The notes: generated from the letters alone by a model not told the origin. Positions 9,862 through 20,747 are shown, numbered from the stretch's first letter. The stretch: 64,000 nucleotides of DNA from Planctomycetota bacterium (GCA_030602705.1 JAUVZF010000012.1:805-64804); one strand, 5' to 3'. Made by a program: numbers and translations.

Positions 9862-10084
9862 GAGTCCCCCTCCCGTTTTGGATTCGGCGGTTGGCTTTGA
9901 CTCGGCCGATGGTGAGCAACGCGCCGACGCGATGACGAAGGCCAGCGCCGCCAGAGAGGCCAGGCGACAACGGCGCCTTGCAACTGACGGTCACAAGCGC
10001 ATCTCTCGCCCCTCCTGCGGCCGGCTTCTCACCGGCATCGGGTACGCTCCTGCGCATCGGCTGCCGCGTGCCGCCGCTGCAAGA

Positions 10085-11002
10085 TCACGCTGTTGGTCCG
10101 GCGGCTTTCATGACCTTTGCCACGCGGCCGGTGAAGTCGTCGATCTCGGCCTCGCTCAGGAAGCCGACGATCATCGCATCGACGCACCCGGGGCCCATGG
10201 CGAACCGGATCGACTCGTCCTTCTTGGCCGGGTCATCGCGGAAGCGTCCCTCGCCGATCAGTTTCATGCCGATGATGCCTTTGCCGGCCGCGCGCAGTTT
10301 CTTCAGTACGGGCGCGACCTTCTCGGGCGGGCCGTCCATGGCGGCCCCGAACGCGTTGACCCGGGCGTGGACCACGTCGACCCACGGGCTCTCGGCGGCG
10401 GCGTTCATGGCGTCGAGCGAGTGGCACGAGACGCCGTGGGCACGGATGATGCCTTTGGCCTTGAGGTCCTCCAGCAGGTCCATCTGCTTCTTCTGCTCGT
10501 CGGTCCAGGTCCCCGACGTTTGGCAGTGTATCTGGACAAGGTCCACGTAATCGGTCTGAAGTTCTTTGCGGAACCGGTCCAGGAGGATGTTGGCCCCCGG
10601 CCGCTCGCGCTCCGGCAGGCCTCCGCGGCGGACCCATATCTTCGAGACGAGGACGTAGGAGTCGCGCGGCATCTTCTTGAGGGCCCGTCCCACGTACGGG
10701 TGGGTGCCGTACGTGTCGGCCATGTCGAAGAGTCGCACGCCGCGCGCATACGCCGCGCGCAAGAGTCCCTCGAACTTTTCTCGGCCGAGGCGTGTCTGGT
10801 CCGAGTTTCTCTTCCAGCCTCGCATGCCCGTGCCGAAGCCGACGCGGCTGACCTTCAGGCCGGTCTTGCCGAGCGGGACGATCTCGAACGGCCCCGGCGG
10901 CCCGCCGCCGACGCGCTTGGCGTCGGTGCCAGCGCATCCGAGCATCATGCCCCCCGCACCGGCGAGGGTCGAGGTCAGGAACTTGCGGCGGTCCATCTTC
11001 AT
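10085..11002 (-). CDS. Aldo/keto reductase, Tat-signal
   Basis: MDRRKFLTSTLAGAGG Tat-like N-terminus. AKR-like core (GxxxxDxAxxYG-like TYGTHPYVG, LVSK). Confidence 0.8.
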   Translation of the reverse strand: MKMDRRKFLTSTLAGAGGMMLGCAGTDAKRVGGGPPGPFEIVPLGKTGLKVSRVGFGTGMRGWKRNSDQTRLGREKFEGLLRAAYARGVRLFDMADTYGTHPYVGRALKKMPRDSYVLVSKIWVRRGGLPERERPGANILLDRFRKELQTDYVDLVQIHCQTSGTWTDEQKKQMDLLEDLKAKGIIRAHGVSCHSLDAMNAAAESPWVDVVHARVNAFGAAMDGPPEKVAPVLKKLRAAGKGIIGMKLIGEGRFRDDPAKKDESIRFAMGPGCVDAMIVGFLSEAEIDDFTGRVAKVMKAAGPTA

Positions 11003-11164
11003 CGCGATAGCCTCCAGTAGGGGTCCGTTACCGGATAACTATACGCCCTGACCGCTCCGGCGGGAAGTCCAAAGATGGATTCGGCCGAGTGTGCGCCCCG
11101 GCCTGCGCCAGGCGCGGTCGAGGGTCGTATAGCCCGCTGGAATCTGCTATAGTGGCCGCGACGC

Positions 11165-11950
11165 ATGGGGAACCGACGAATGCGAAGCAGGCGATGGTTC
11201 TGGCTGGCGGCGGCGTGCCTGGTTTGGGCGGGCGGCTGCTCGCACGTCAACTACACGTCGCCGGAACGTTACGCGCACGGCCTGGTGGTGTGCCTGAGCG
11301 GCTCGGGCCGCATGATGAACGAGGTCGGCGACATCCGCCGCGGGCTGGCCGAGGGCGGCGTGGACTGCGCCATCGAGGTGTTTGAGTGGTCACGGTTTAT
11401 GCTCGACCTGACGGATGTCGAGCAGAAAAAAGGCTTGGCCTCCCAACTGGCCCGTCGCATCGAAACGTACCAGAAGGTCTATCCCGGCCGCCCGGTCCAC
11501 CTGCTGGGCGTGTCGGCCGGAACCGGGCTGGTGGTCTGGGCCCTGGAGGACCTCGCCCCGGGGCATCGTGTCGCCAGCGCGGTGCTGATCGCGTCGAGCC
11601 TGTCGCGCACCTACGACCTGACGGCGGCTCTCAATCACCTGGACGGCGTCGCATACAACTTCCACAGCCCGATGGACCTGGTGTCGGGCGCGAGCGTGGT
11701 CGTCCGTAGCGTGGACGGCCGGCACGGCGTTGCCGCGGGCCTGTCGGGATTCCGGCCGCCCGACGACACCGACGAACGGACCCGCGCGGTGTACGAGGAG
11801 AAACTCGTCCAGGTCGGCTGGCGGCCGGCCGATACGCTCACCGGCAACGTCGGCGACCATCTCGGCGCCACGCGCCCCGCCTACGTCCGTAAGTACATTG
11901 CGCCGCTGGTGCGTAGCGAGCGCGACCGCGGCAGCGATGCCTCGCCATAG
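11165..11950 (+). CDS. Lipoprotein, alpha/beta-hydrolase-like (GxSxG)
   Basis: Signal peptide with GGC lipobox. GVSAG nucleophile-elbow motif. Confidence 0.5.
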   Translation: MGNRRMRSRRWFWLAAACLVWAGGCSHVNYTSPERYAHGLVVCLSGSGRMMNEVGDIRRGLAEGGVDCAIEVFEWSRFMLDLTDVEQKKGLASQLARRIETYQKVYPGRPVHLLGVSAGTGLVVWALEDLAPGHRVASAVLIASSLSRTYDLTAALNHLDGVAYNFHSPMDLVSGASVVVRSVDGRHGVAAGLSGFRPPDDTDERTRAVYEEKLVQVGWRPADTLTGNVGDHLGATRPAYVRKYIAPLVRSERDRGSDASP

Positions 11951-12020
11951 GTGCCCATCTTACAAGCCGTCCGGCCATCGCGCCGCTCTTATCTTGACCC
12001 CGCACGTGAAATACCCGGTC

Positions 12021-13460
12021 CTAGCGGGGCTTCCGCGTTGGCCGCTTGTGCGGGGTGTACGGACCGCCGTAGGCATCGCGGAGTTGGTCGCAGCGCCGGC
12101 GCATCGTCTTCAGCACGTCGGCGCAGGCGGGGTCGGCGGCGAAGTTCTTCCGTTGGTCGGGGTCGGTCTTCAGGTCGTGGAGGAACTCGTAGACCGGCTT
12201 CTGCTCGAAGTACCGGGCGTAGACGTATCGTTGGCTGCGGACGCCCTCCCACTTGGGAATGGCCGCGGTGTCCATCAGGTGTTCGCAGAAGAAGTCGGTC
12301 CGCCAATCGGGCGGCGTCCGGCCCTGGAGCAGCGGCAGCAGGCTGCGGCCGCGGTAATGCTCCGGCACGCCCGCGCCGGCCAGGTCGAGCATGGTCGCCG
12401 GCAGGTCGATGTTCAGTGCCACCGCGTCGGCCAGCGTTCCGCGTTTCGATTGCGGCAGGCGGGGGTCGTAGATGATGAGCGGCACCCGCAGCGACTCCTC
12501 GTAATGGGACCACTTCCCCGCAAAGCCGCGCTGGCCCATGTAGTACCCGTTGTCGCCCGTGTAGATGACGACGGTGTTCTCGGCCAGGCCCTGCTCCTTG
12601 AGTTCGGCCAGCACCCGGCCGATGGCGCGGTCCACGCCGCTGATCATGCGGAAATACGCTCGGATGTTCTTCTGGTATTTCTCCGGCGTGTCCCACCGCC
12701 AGAAGAATCGCTGGCGGTTGAGCGAGTCTTTGAGGAACTCCGGCTGGCTCTCGAACACCTCCGGCTCCGAGAGGCGCGGCGGGGGGACGGTTACGTCGTC
12801 GTACATCCCGTCGACCGCCTTGGGCCACGGGAAGTGGTTCGTCTTGTCCCCATCCTCGGCGTGCACGGCATTCAGGCTCACCGAGAGACAGAACGGCTGC
12901 TCTCGGGGAGCGGAGCGGATAAACGCGATGGCCCGGTCGCCCGCCAGTTCCGTCTCGTGTCGCAGCGAGCCGTCCGCCTGCTTCTTGAAGTAGGGGTTGC
13001 GGCCCATGGGCTGGAAGGAGTCGAACATCTCCTCCTTTACCCCGGCCGGAACCTTGACGCCGAACTTGCCGATGAACCCCGTACGGTAGCCGGCCTTTCG
13101 CAGCAGCGTGGGATAGGCGGCGGCCACATAATCCTTCGGGATGGGCGGCGTGCCGAAGGTGAACCGGTGCGTCCGCTCGTGCAGGCCGGTGAAGATCGAC
13201 GCGCGGCTGGCGGCGCAGATGGACGTGGTGACAAACATGTTGACGAACCGCACGCCGCGCGAGGCCAGAGAGTCCACGACCGGCGTCTTGAGGATCGGAT
13301 GACCCGCGCAGCCAAGCGTGTCGTTACGCTGGTCGTCGATCAGGAAGAACAGGATGTTCGGCCGCTGGGCACCGGCCGCAGCGGCACCGCTCCGGCCCGG
13401 CAGCGCCATGGCAGCCGCCCCGGCCCCCACCGCCTGAAGGAAACGTCGCCTCGACATCAT
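12021..13460 (-). CDS. Sulfatase (formylglycine-dependent family), Tat signal
   Basis: Internal ATG-ATG at 13460/13457 with [25 protein letters not shown] Tat signal. Sulfatase signature SICAASRAS (C-x-A-x-R variant). GDNGYYMG and metal-binding residues. The upstream 288 codons of ORF 12021..14324 are R/G/P-rich and spurious. Confidence 0.85.
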   Translation of the reverse strand: MMSRRRFLQAVGAGAAAMALPGRSGAAAAGAQRPNILFFLIDDQRNDTLGCAGHPILKTPVVDSLASRGVRFVNMFVTTSICAASRASIFTGLHERTHRFTFGTPPIPKDYVAAAYPTLLRKAGYRTGFIGKFGVKVPAGVKEEMFDSFQPMGRNPYFKKQADGSLRHETELAGDRAIAFIRSAPREQPFCLSVSLNAVHAEDGDKTNHFPWPKAVDGMYDDVTVPPPRLSEPEVFESQPEFLKDSLNRQRFFWRWDTPEKYQKNIRAYFRMISGVDRAIGRVLAELKEQGLAENTVVIYTGDNGYYMGQRGFAGKWSHYEESLRVPLIIYDPRLPQSKRGTLADAVALNIDLPATMLDLAGAGVPEHYRGRSLLPLLQGRTPPDWRTDFFCEHLMDTAAIPKWEGVRSQRYVYARYFEQKPVYEFLHDLKTDPDQRKNFAADPACADVLKTMRRRCDQLRDAYGGPYTPHKRPTRKPR

Positions 13461-13819
13461 TCGTTCATTTCCTCGGTTGAGTATCCGGCAAGGCCTTCGA
13501 AAGGGACCATGTCGGGTGCGCCGGCATTCGTCATGGCGGCCGATTGTACGCCGCGTGGATGAGCAGCACCAGGCGCATTTCCTGGGTTCCGGGCAGCCGG
13601 CGGGCGGGGGATACACGGGGAGCCCGTGGGGCCGTTGAAAAACACGTGTGCCACCCTGGCACGGGTACGGCTCGTGCCGTGGCCGGCGACCGGTCCCATT
13701 CGGCAGGCTCAGGGCAGGCTTGCCCGGCCGTGTTGCTGCGTATGCGCCAGGGGCGATTCCTATGTCGCACAGCGCCGCTTGAGGGAGTTCTTCAACAGCC
13801 CCACTGTCCCTACTTGCCG

Positions 13820-14431
13820 CTATTTCCGACTTTTTTTCTCGTACTTGACGCTGCAACCGAATGCTTTGGTCTCGGCCCGCGGCGGCGTCTTGCCGGCGAG
13901 GAGGGCATCGAGGGCGTCGCGGACGTAGTGGTTGTCCGCTTTGGCGGGCTTCTGGTTGTTGTCGATGGCGCCCCTGTAGGCGATCTTGCGCTCGGAGTCG
14001 AGGACGAAGGTGTGCGGCGTGACCTTGGCCCCGTAGTCGTGCCCCATCTTCTGGCTCGAGTCGTAGAGGTACGGGAAGTTGAACTTCTTGGCCTTGGCGC
14101 GCTCTTTCATCTTGTCGAGCCGGTCGGGCGGGATGTTGTTCACGTTGACCGCAATCAACTGGACGCCCTTCGGCCCGTAATCCTTCTGTAGCGCGATCAC
14201 GCGGTCTTCGTAGATCACGGCCACCGGGCAGTGGTTGCAGGTGAACACGAGGACGATGGCCTTGGCCTCTTTGTAGTCGGCCAGGCCGTGCTCCTTGTCG
14301 TCGATGCCGATGATGCCCGACCAATCCGGCGCCTCGTCCCCCACCTTGAGAGCCTTGGCGGCCAAGGCGCTCGACCCGAGCGCCATCGCGGCCGCCACCA
14401 TCACCAAACCGAGCGTGCCTTTGCGTATCAT
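13820..14431 (-). CDS. Thioredoxin-fold thiol:disulfide oxidoreductase / redoxin (secreted)
   Basis: Signal peptide. CNHCP active-site motif in a thioredoxin-like fold context. Confidence 0.75.
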   Translation of the reverse strand: MIRKGTLGLVMVAAAMALGSSALAAKALKVGDEAPDWSGIIGIDDKEHGLADYKEAKAIVLVFTCNHCPVAVIYEDRVIALQKDYGPKGVQLIAVNVNNIPPDRLDKMKERAKAKKFNFPYLYDSSQKMGHDYGAKVTPHTFVLDSERKIAYRGAIDNNQKPAKADNHYVRDALDALLAGKTPPRAETKAFGCSVKYEKKSRK

Positions 14432-14547
14432 GCCTGGATCCTCCTCAATCGACGTTTCACGGAAGAGTCATTGCGCCGACCCGGGCCACAGGCCCGGACG
14501 GTACTCGGTGATTTGAGGCTGCCACCCTGTCTTCCGCCCAACCGCCC

Positions 14548-15471
14548 CTACCCCGTCTTGAGGCGCAGGGGTTCCCAGGCGGGGATCTTCTTGGCCGCCT
14601 CGTCGGACTGGAGCCATCTTTGCCAGGCGGCCTGGTTGTAGCCGAAGTCCTTGCCGGTCAGTTTCTTCAGGGCGGCCAAGACCTCGGGGTGCTCGGTCCG
14701 GACGCGCTGGTACTTGGGGATCGTCTGCCCGTGCTGGGTCATGGCGATGGTCGTGGCGACATCGACGATGTCGACCACGGGCAATTCGATAAAGGCCCTG
14801 GCGACGCCTCCGAAGCCCACCGCCTCGATCGGGATCTGCCGGAACGGCAGCCGGGCGCCCACCATCTGGGCCCGGATGTCGAGTTGCATCGTGCCGCTCC
14901 AGATCTCGCCGCCCACCATCCGGACGTCTTCGGTGACGAGCCGCTCGGGGAGCAGCCACACGGCGCGTTTCTCATCGAGTTCCGCCAGGGCGGTGGCGGC
15001 GCGGGCGCGGATGACCGGCACCTCCTGCATCGCCAGGTGCGCCATGAGGCGGTGGGTGGGCTTTTCGCCGCTGTAGGTTTTCAGGGCGTTCACAGCGCGG
15101 CGGCGATGGGGTGCGCTGCCGTCGCCGACGGCGATCTCCTGCAGGTACGCCTGGGCCACGTCCGAGTCGGCCGAGGCCAGTTCCGTCAGCGCTTCGATCA
15201 GCAGGCCGCGATACCGCGCGTTGCGACCGTACAGGACGCTGACCATCGGTCCGACGGCGGCCTCGTCCTTGATGGCGAGGATCTTCTGGCGGCCCTTCTG
15301 GAACTCGGCGGGGGCGTTGGAGCGCAGGTGGTGAATCTCGATGAGGCGGACCTTCTTCAGCCAACCGGTATAGGCGGCGTCGGCGCTCTGGTTGCTCTCG
15401 GCGGCTGCGGCCGCGCGAGCGCCGAGCACCAACACGGCGACGATCAGGCAAACAGATACCGGGCGTCTCAT
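14548..15471 (-). CDS. Secreted HEAT/ARM-repeat protein
   Basis: Signal peptide (MRRPVSVCLIVAVLVLGARA). Repeated alpha-helical PBS-lyase/HEAT-like segments. Confidence 0.5.
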   Translation of the reverse strand: MRRPVSVCLIVAVLVLGARAAAAAESNQSADAAYTGWLKKVRLIEIHHLRSNAPAEFQKGRQKILAIKDEAAVGPMVSVLYGRNARYRGLLIEALTELASADSDVAQAYLQEIAVGDGSAPHRRRAVNALKTYSGEKPTHRLMAHLAMQEVPVIRARAATALAELDEKRAVWLLPERLVTEDVRMVGGEIWSGTMQLDIRAQMVGARLPFRQIPIEAVGFGGVARAFIELPVVDIVDVATTIAMTQHGQTIPKYQRVRTEHPEVLAALKKLTGKDFGYNQAAWQRWLQSDEAAKKIPAWEPLRLKTG

Positions 15472-15561
15472 GGTACCCCCCTCCACCGCGCAGGCCATGG
15501 GTCCAGCGCTGTATTATACGACGGGGGGCGGCCGCGAGCGGAATGGATTTCCGCGGCGCGG

Positions 15562-16128
15562 TCACACCCCGTCGGGGGCGAGGCGGTCGGCCTCGGCGGC
15601 GCCGACCTTCAGGGCCTGCCTGTTGAGGCCGAGGATTTCGCGTTTGCCCGGATCGGTGCCGAGTTTCTTTTCGAGCAGTGCCACGAGGTCTTTCTCTGCG
15701 GCCAGGTTTTTGAGTTTCGTCAGCGCCCCGAGCATGACCATGTTGGCCACGCGGACGTTGCCGATGTTGTTGGCCAGGCCGGAGGCGTCGATCCCCAGCA
15801 GCCGCGCGTCGCCGTGCGCGTCGGTCGGTTCGACCATGCCGGCGTTGGCGAGGACCATGCCGCCGGGCGCGACGATCGGCGCGAAGCGGTCGTACGACAT
15901 CTGGTTCATCACCACCAGGGTCGTCGCCTCCTCGACGACGGGCGACGCGATCGGCCGGTCGCTGACGCACACGTGGCAGTACGCCGTCCCGCCGCGCACC
16001 TCCGTGCCGTAGGATGGGAAGTAGGTGACCTCGTGGTTGTGCATCAGGAGTTCGGCGGTGAACTTACCGAGTGTCATCAGCCCCTGTCCGCCGAAGCCCG
16101 AGAAGATCATCCGTTCGTCCACCGTCAC
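15562..16128 (-). CDS. 2-oxoacid:ferredoxin oxidoreductase gamma-subunit-like protein (stand-alone)
   Basis: MIFSGFGGQGLMTLG motif typical of POR/KOR gamma subunits. No adjacent alpha/beta/delta genes. Confidence 0.7.
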   Translation of the reverse strand: MTVDERMIFSGFGGQGLMTLGKFTAELLMHNHEVTYFPSYGTEVRGGTAYCHVCVSDRPIASPVVEEATTLVVMNQMSYDRFAPIVAPGGMVLANAGMVEPTDAHGDARLLGIDASGLANNIGNVRVANMVMLGALTKLKNLAAEKDLVALLEKKLGTDPGKREILGLNRQALKVGAAEADRLAPDGV

Positions 16129-16257
16129 CCTCCTCCGCCGCGGTTGCCGACGAGGCGGCCGATCTCGAAACCCGGTTGCCGCCGGCGCACGAGCAAACTA
16201 CCATAGGTTATGATGGGTTCACGGAATCGGCAAGGGCAATCCCGAAAGGAGCACGCG

Positions 16258-16983
16258 ATGGTGCGACTATCCCGCCGCGACGCCCTGCGCAGTATCGGAC
16301 TGGGCGGAATGAGCCTAGCCATAGCCGCCACCGGCTGTGGCACAGACGAAGGAGAATCCGAGATGGAAGAGACCGAAACCCCTGCGGGTCCCCAGACGTA
16401 TGCCCTGCCGCCGCTGGCGTACAAGTCGCTGGAGCCTGTCATCGACGATGCGACCCTCGCGCTGCACCACGACAAGCACCACGCAGGGTACGTCAAGGGG
16501 GCGAACGCCGCCGTCGAGGCCCTCCAGCAGGCCCGCGCCGCCGGCGACTACCAACTCATCAAGAACCACGAACGGGCGCTGGCCTTCCACGGCTCCGGCC
16601 ACGCCCTGCACACGCTCTACTGGACGAGCATGTGGCCGGCCGGGCGGGGGCAGCCGTCGGCCGAGATGAAGGCGGCCGTTGAGGACTCGTTCGGAAGCGC
16701 CGAGAAGATGCTGGCCCAGTTCGCTGCGGCCACCAAGGCCGTGGAGGCCAGCGGGTGGGGTGTCCTGGCGTGGGAGCCGCTGGGCAAGCGGCTGGTGGTG
16801 CTCCAGGCCGAGCGGCACCAGGACCTGACCCTCTGGGGCTGCGTGCCCCTGATGGTCTGCGACGTGTGGGAACATGCCTACTACCTGAAGTACCAGAACC
16901 GCCGGGCCGAGTACGTGGACGCGTGGGCCAAGATCATCGACTGGGACTCGGTGAACCGGCGCTTCGCGGCGGCGGTGGCTTGA
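16258..16983 (+). CDS. sodA: Fe/Mn-family superoxide dismutase, Tat signal
   Basis: AAGGAG RBS. RRDALRS Tat motif. SOD motifs HHDKHH and DVWEHAYY. Confidence 0.85.
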   Translation: MVRLSRRDALRSIGLGGMSLAIAATGCGTDEGESEMEETETPAGPQTYALPPLAYKSLEPVIDDATLALHHDKHHAGYVKGANAAVEALQQARAAGDYQLIKNHERALAFHGSGHALHTLYWTSMWPAGRGQPSAEMKAAVEDSFGSAEKMLAQFAAATKAVEASGWGVLAWEPLGKRLVVLQAERHQDLTLWGCVPLMVCDVWEHAYYLKYQNRRAEYVDAWAKIIDWDSVNRRFAAAVA

Positions 16984-17083
16984 CGGCCACAAGGGCGGCG
17001 GCCGGCAGGCACACCACCAGAAGCAAAACGCGTCGTCTCATGCCGCTGCCCCTTCGTTGGTGCGCACCAGACACACTTGGCCG

Positions 17084-18058
17084 TCATTTTCCGGCGAGAA
17101 TCAGGTCGAGACGCTTCGATTTCTCCTCCAGCGACAGGCCGCCGCTGCCCTCGATCGTCATCCACCCGTTGTAGCCGACCTCGTCGAGTGCCTTTCGGAC
17201 GACGGGCCAGTTGACGCTGCCGTCGCGGATGTTGCAGAACTTGCCGCCGTGGCCGTCGGGGTTGAGTTTGAAGTCCTTGACGTGGCACTTGGCAATGGCC
17301 CGTCCCAGGGCCCGGATGAATTGCTCCGGCGGCGCGTACTTGACGTGGTTCCCGATGTCGAAGTACCCCTGCGCCCACTTCGAGCCGCACAACTTGACGA
17401 GGTGGGCAAAGACGGCCGGCTTCACCCACAGGTTGTTCCAGACGTTCTCGATGGCGATGACCACGCCGGTCTTCTCGGCGGCGGGGATGAGTTTCTTGAC
17501 GGCCTCAATCGTCGTGTCGGTCGCGTGGTCGTGGGCCGCCATGTAGTCCTTGAACGGTTCGTTGTCTCCCTTGACCACGCGCGCCAGGTGCCCGTTCCCT
17601 TCGTCGAACGCAATGTCGAACTCCCAGGGCTGGGGCATATTCATGCCGCCGATGCGGCAGGGGACCAGCAGAATGGCGCCGGCGCCGTAGCCCTGGGCGG
17701 CGCGCAGGGCCGTCTCGGTCTTGGCGATGGTGGCCTCGACCTTGGCGGCGTCCTTGCTGTTGAACTGCATCCATCCGCGCAGGACCGAGTGGATTTTCAT
17801 GCCAACCTTCTCGGCTATCTTGCGGCACTCCTCGGCGTCGGCGGGGGAGACGTCGGCGGCCGTGGTCTCGACGCCGTCGAACCCGGCCGCCTTCAGTTTC
17901 GCCAGGTTCTTCTCGGTTGGTTTCCCGCAGATCAGGGCTTTTCTCATTCTGGCCTCTGCCCCCTTCTTCCCCGGTCCGAGGCAGCCGGACGCCATCAGGC
18001 CCAGCCCTGCCGCAGACGTCGCCAGAAACTCACGCCGATTGACGGCCTTCTTCATCAC
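17084..18058 (-). CDS. Sugar phosphate isomerase/epimerase (xylose isomerase-like TIM barrel), Tat signal
   Basis: RREFLATSAAGLGL Tat signal. AP-endonuclease-2/xylose-isomerase-like TIM-barrel pattern (IENVWNN, HVKD). Confidence 0.75.
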   Translation of the reverse strand: MMKKAVNRREFLATSAAGLGLMASGCLGPGKKGAEARMRKALICGKPTEKNLAKLKAAGFDGVETTAADVSPADAEECRKIAEKVGMKIHSVLRGWMQFNSKDAAKVEATIAKTETALRAAQGYGAGAILLVPCRIGGMNMPQPWEFDIAFDEGNGHLARVVKGDNEPFKDYMAAHDHATDTTIEAVKKLIPAAEKTGVVIAIENVWNNLWVKPAVFAHLVKLCGSKWAQGYFDIGNHVKYAPPEQFIRALGRAIAKCHVKDFKLNPDGHGGKFCNIRDGSVNWPVVRKALDEVGYNGWMTIEGSGGLSLEEKSKRLDLILAGK

Positions 18059-18121
18059 GAGGTCCTCCTTCCTGTAGGCCGGGACAACGTCCCGGCGGTT
18101 GCGTGTCCGTTTCGCTTGCTT

Positions 18122-19102
18122 CTACTCCGGCGTATGCTTCAGCAGCCCTTCGACAATCTCGCGCGTCACTTCGATGACCGTCCCGTGCCGGTGGCCCTTG
18201 GGGAACGACATCTGCTTGGAGACGTCCTCCCAGGTCACCAGGTCGCGGCTCCTCGCGGCCCCGTAGTAGTGCGGGTTGGCGTAGTGGTCGAAGTAGACGA
18301 GGTACTCGGCGCCGATCCGGATGGCCGATGGCCCTTCGACCCACGAGATGGTGAACGGTTCGGACGCCTTCGACCACGGGCCTTCGGGGCTCGGGCCGGT
18401 GGCGATACGCAGGTTCTTCTTGGCCGGGTGGCGGGTCTCGTCCTTGACGATCAGGTGATACGTCTTGCCGACTTTGAGGATGGTGCCGTCGATCACGTTG
18501 AACCCGCCGTCGTAGAAGAGGCGCGTCTTGCTGAACGTCCGGAAGTCCGGCGTGGTCTTGTAGTACATGCGGTGGTTGTGGCCTTTGTCGCCCGTCTTGT
18601 CGGTCTCGGGGAACCGGCCGGGGATGGTGGTGGACCAGAAGATGAGCCACTGCCGCCTGGCCGCGTCGTAGAACAGTTCCGGCGCCCAGGCGTTCCGGGC
18701 GTCGGCTTCGCCCTTCATGACGGGGATGCCTTTCTGCTCGGACCAGTGGATGAGGTCCTTCGACGAGGCGTAGCCGATAACCAGCGGCCTGGTCCAGGTG
18801 GTGGTCCAGACCATGTGGAAGGTGCCGTCGGGGCCGCGGCGAAGGCACGGGTCGCGCATCAGTGGTTTGGGACCGACCTTGGGCGCCAGAAACGGCTTGC
18901 CGCCGCCGAGTTCCGTCCACGTGTAGCCGTCGCGGCTGTAGGCCAGGTGCAGGCCGTCCTCACCATTGCCGCGAAAAGAGGTGAACAGGTACCACTTGTC
19001 CCCCTGCCCGCCCCGCCCTGCGGCGAGCGCGACGGAAGCGGTGACGGCCGCTACGGCAACTGCAAATGCGGCAACCAGGCTCACTTGCCTTCTCGAGTAC
19101 AC
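18122..19102 (-). CDS. Secreted 5-bladed beta-propeller glycoside hydrolase (GH43-like)
   Basis: Signal peptide. N-terminal catalytic-base-like RDPCLRRGPDGTFHMVWT. Repeated propeller blades with conserved Asp/Glu. Confidence 0.55.
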   Translation of the reverse strand: MYSRRQVSLVAAFAVAVAAVTASVALAAGRGGQGDKWYLFTSFRGNGEDGLHLAYSRDGYTWTELGGGKPFLAPKVGPKPLMRDPCLRRGPDGTFHMVWTTTWTRPLVIGYASSKDLIHWSEQKGIPVMKGEADARNAWAPELFYDAARRQWLIFWSTTIPGRFPETDKTGDKGHNHRMYYKTTPDFRTFSKTRLFYDGGFNVIDGTILKVGKTYHLIVKDETRHPAKKNLRIATGPSPEGPWSKASEPFTISWVEGPSAIRIGAEYLVYFDHYANPHYYGAARSRDLVTWEDVSKQMSFPKGHRHGTVIEVTREIVEGLLKHTPE

Positions 19103-19211
19103 GTCGCGTCCTTAATTTCCCTGATGCGTAAGTTCCTGAACCGGACCTCCAGCGGTCCGCCGCCGCGTGCCACTCGCTGCGGCGAGTGCCTTATCCCCCG
19201 CCCGGGTGCGC

Positions 19212-20747
19212 TCACTGGGTCAGGGCGAAGGCATAGAGTTTTGCCTTCGTCAGTTCGAACTTTAGCCGGACACGGCTGCCGTGGAGTTTCGACAGATCGG
19301 CGCCGCCTCGAAGCGTCACGGGCGCGCCGGTCACGTCGTCGATGATCGGCCGGCCGGCCGTCACGGTTTTGCCGTCGGCGTCGAGAACGGTCACGCGGAC
19401 CGAGCCGCCCCGGGCGTCGGCGGTGATCCGCAGCGTCTTGCCGGAGCACACGACGGGTCGGGTCACCACGGTGGCGGGCTTGGCCGCGTCGATGGGCTCG
19501 TAGCCGGCGAAGCCGTCCGGCCGAAGCGTGGCGAGGCAGAAGAATCCGTCGCGCCAACTCGTGTGCTTGCCGTTCGAACCGAGGTAGTAGATGCGGATCT
19601 CGTCGTCCAGCACGACCGGATCGTCCGCGGCATAGACGCAGCCCCAGTCGTAATCGCCCTCGTTGGGCGCATTGCCGATGAGCGGCGTGCCCGGGTCGAT
19701 GCGATGCCACTTCACGGTGTCCGGGCTCCACGCCAACTCGGTGTGCACGCGGTCCACAGGCCTGGTGCGGAAGACCGCCACCAGGCCAAGGTAGATGTCC
19801 GCGTAACGGAAGACCGGCATGGAATACGCCTCCTGGCCATCGGCGTCGATTCGCAGCACTTCGACGGCCCTGGTCCAGGACTTGAGATCGGCGCTTTCGC
19901 TACGGCCGACGACGCGCTGGCCACTGCGACGGTTGGAACCGCCCCTCAGACGCACGAAGGCGACGTAACGCTCCAGGTCGGGGGCCCAGAGCATGTGGTT
20001 ATGGCTATCTCCGTTGGAGTCGATTCCCTCGCACGGCGCCGGATTGCTCCAGCGCAACCCGTCGGGGGAAAAACGCAGGACATCACGGGCGTGAAACATC
20101 TTGTAACGCCGCATCGGATCGGGGTCGTGCGTGTCCTTGAAGACGCCGGCGCCGTGCGAGCCGCGCAGCACCAGGTTGTTCGCCTTGTTGCCTTCGTATT
20201 CGATGAGACCCAGCTTCGGCTTCACCCATTTCAGCCCGTCGCGCGAGATCGCGCAACAGATGCCATCCTCCCGACGGCGCGGCGAGTAGCGTGTCTTGTG
20301 CCGCTGCTCGAGCGTCACCCCCTTGGAGGAGGTATCGTAGATGAAGGGGTTATACCAGAGCTTGTAGAGCCCGTCGGCCTCGTCGAAGAGGACGTTGGCG
20401 TACATGTTATCGAAACGCTGCTCCCACGGCTTGTCCTCCCCGAACAGCGGATTGCGGGGGTGCTTTTCGACCGTGCCGACGGTCAGTTTCGCATTGTCCG
20501 TCCTGTCGATTATCCGGCTGTCGAGCACCAGGTACTTCGCGCGAGCGGGCACCCCTGCCGCGTTCCCGGCCGGCGCCGGCGTCGAGGCCATCGCGATGAT
20601 GGCAAACGCGCTCTCGGGCGCCGGTTCCGCCGCGCGGACCGGCGCACGGTGCCCACCGACGACGACACAGACTGCCGCACAAGTCAGAACGAGAATGCAA
20701 CGTATCGAACGAGATGATGGCACCATCAACTCCTTTCCGAAAGGCAT
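19212..20747 (-). CDS. Secreted beta-propeller glycoside hydrolase-like protein with C-terminal beta-sandwich
   Basis: Signal peptide. RNPLFGEDKPWE...GLYKLWYNP propeller-type N-terminus (GH43/GH32/GH130-like fold). Family not resolved. Confidence 0.45.
   Translation of the reverse strand: MPFGKELMVPSSRSIRCILVLTCAAVCVVVGGHRAPVRAAEPAPESAFAIIAMASTPAPAGNAAGVPARAKYLVLDSRIIDRTDNAKLTVGTVEKHPRNPLFGEDKPWEQRFDNMYANVLFDEADGLYKLWYNPFIYDTSSKGVTLEQRHKTRYSPRRREDGICCAISRDGLKWVKPKLGLIEYEGNKANNLVLRGSHGAGVFKDTHDPDPMRRYKMFHARDVLRFSPDGLRWSNPAPCEGIDSNGDSHNHMLWAPDLERYVAFVRLRGGSNRRSGQRVVGRSESADLKSWTRAVEVLRIDADGQEAYSMPVFRYADIYLGLVAVFRTRPVDRVHTELAWSPDTVKWHRIDPGTPLIGNAPNEGDYDWGCVYAADDPVVLDDEIRIYYLGSNGKHTSWRDGFFCLATLRPDGFAGYEPIDAAKPATVVTRPVVCSGKTLRITADARGGSVRVTVLDADGKTVTAGRPIIDDVTGAPVTLRGGADLSKLHGSRVRLKFELTKAKLYAFALTQ

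Noticed and set aside
9851-11020. 389-aa plus-strand ORF antisense to the aldo/keto reductase
   Set aside because: Composition bias and no motifs. The minus-strand AKR has a Tat signal and conserved AKR features.
12021-13460. Sulfatase with CAASR instead of CxPxR as a potentially inactive enzyme
   Set aside because: C/S-x-P/A-x-R is within the accepted range of the formylglycine motif. The downstream metal-binding and catalytic residues appear intact.
12021-14324. 767-aa ORF covering the sulfatase and thioredoxin region
   Set aside because: The N-terminal 288 codons are R/G/Q-rich and overlap the genuine thioredoxin-like gene on the same strand in another frame. The true sulfatase start is the ATG at 13460 with an RBS and Tat signal.
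17057-19345. 762-aa plus-strand ORF
   Set aside because: Antisense to two well-supported minus-strand genes (sugar-phosphate isomerase and GH43-like). Low-complexity R/G/A/V-rich translation.
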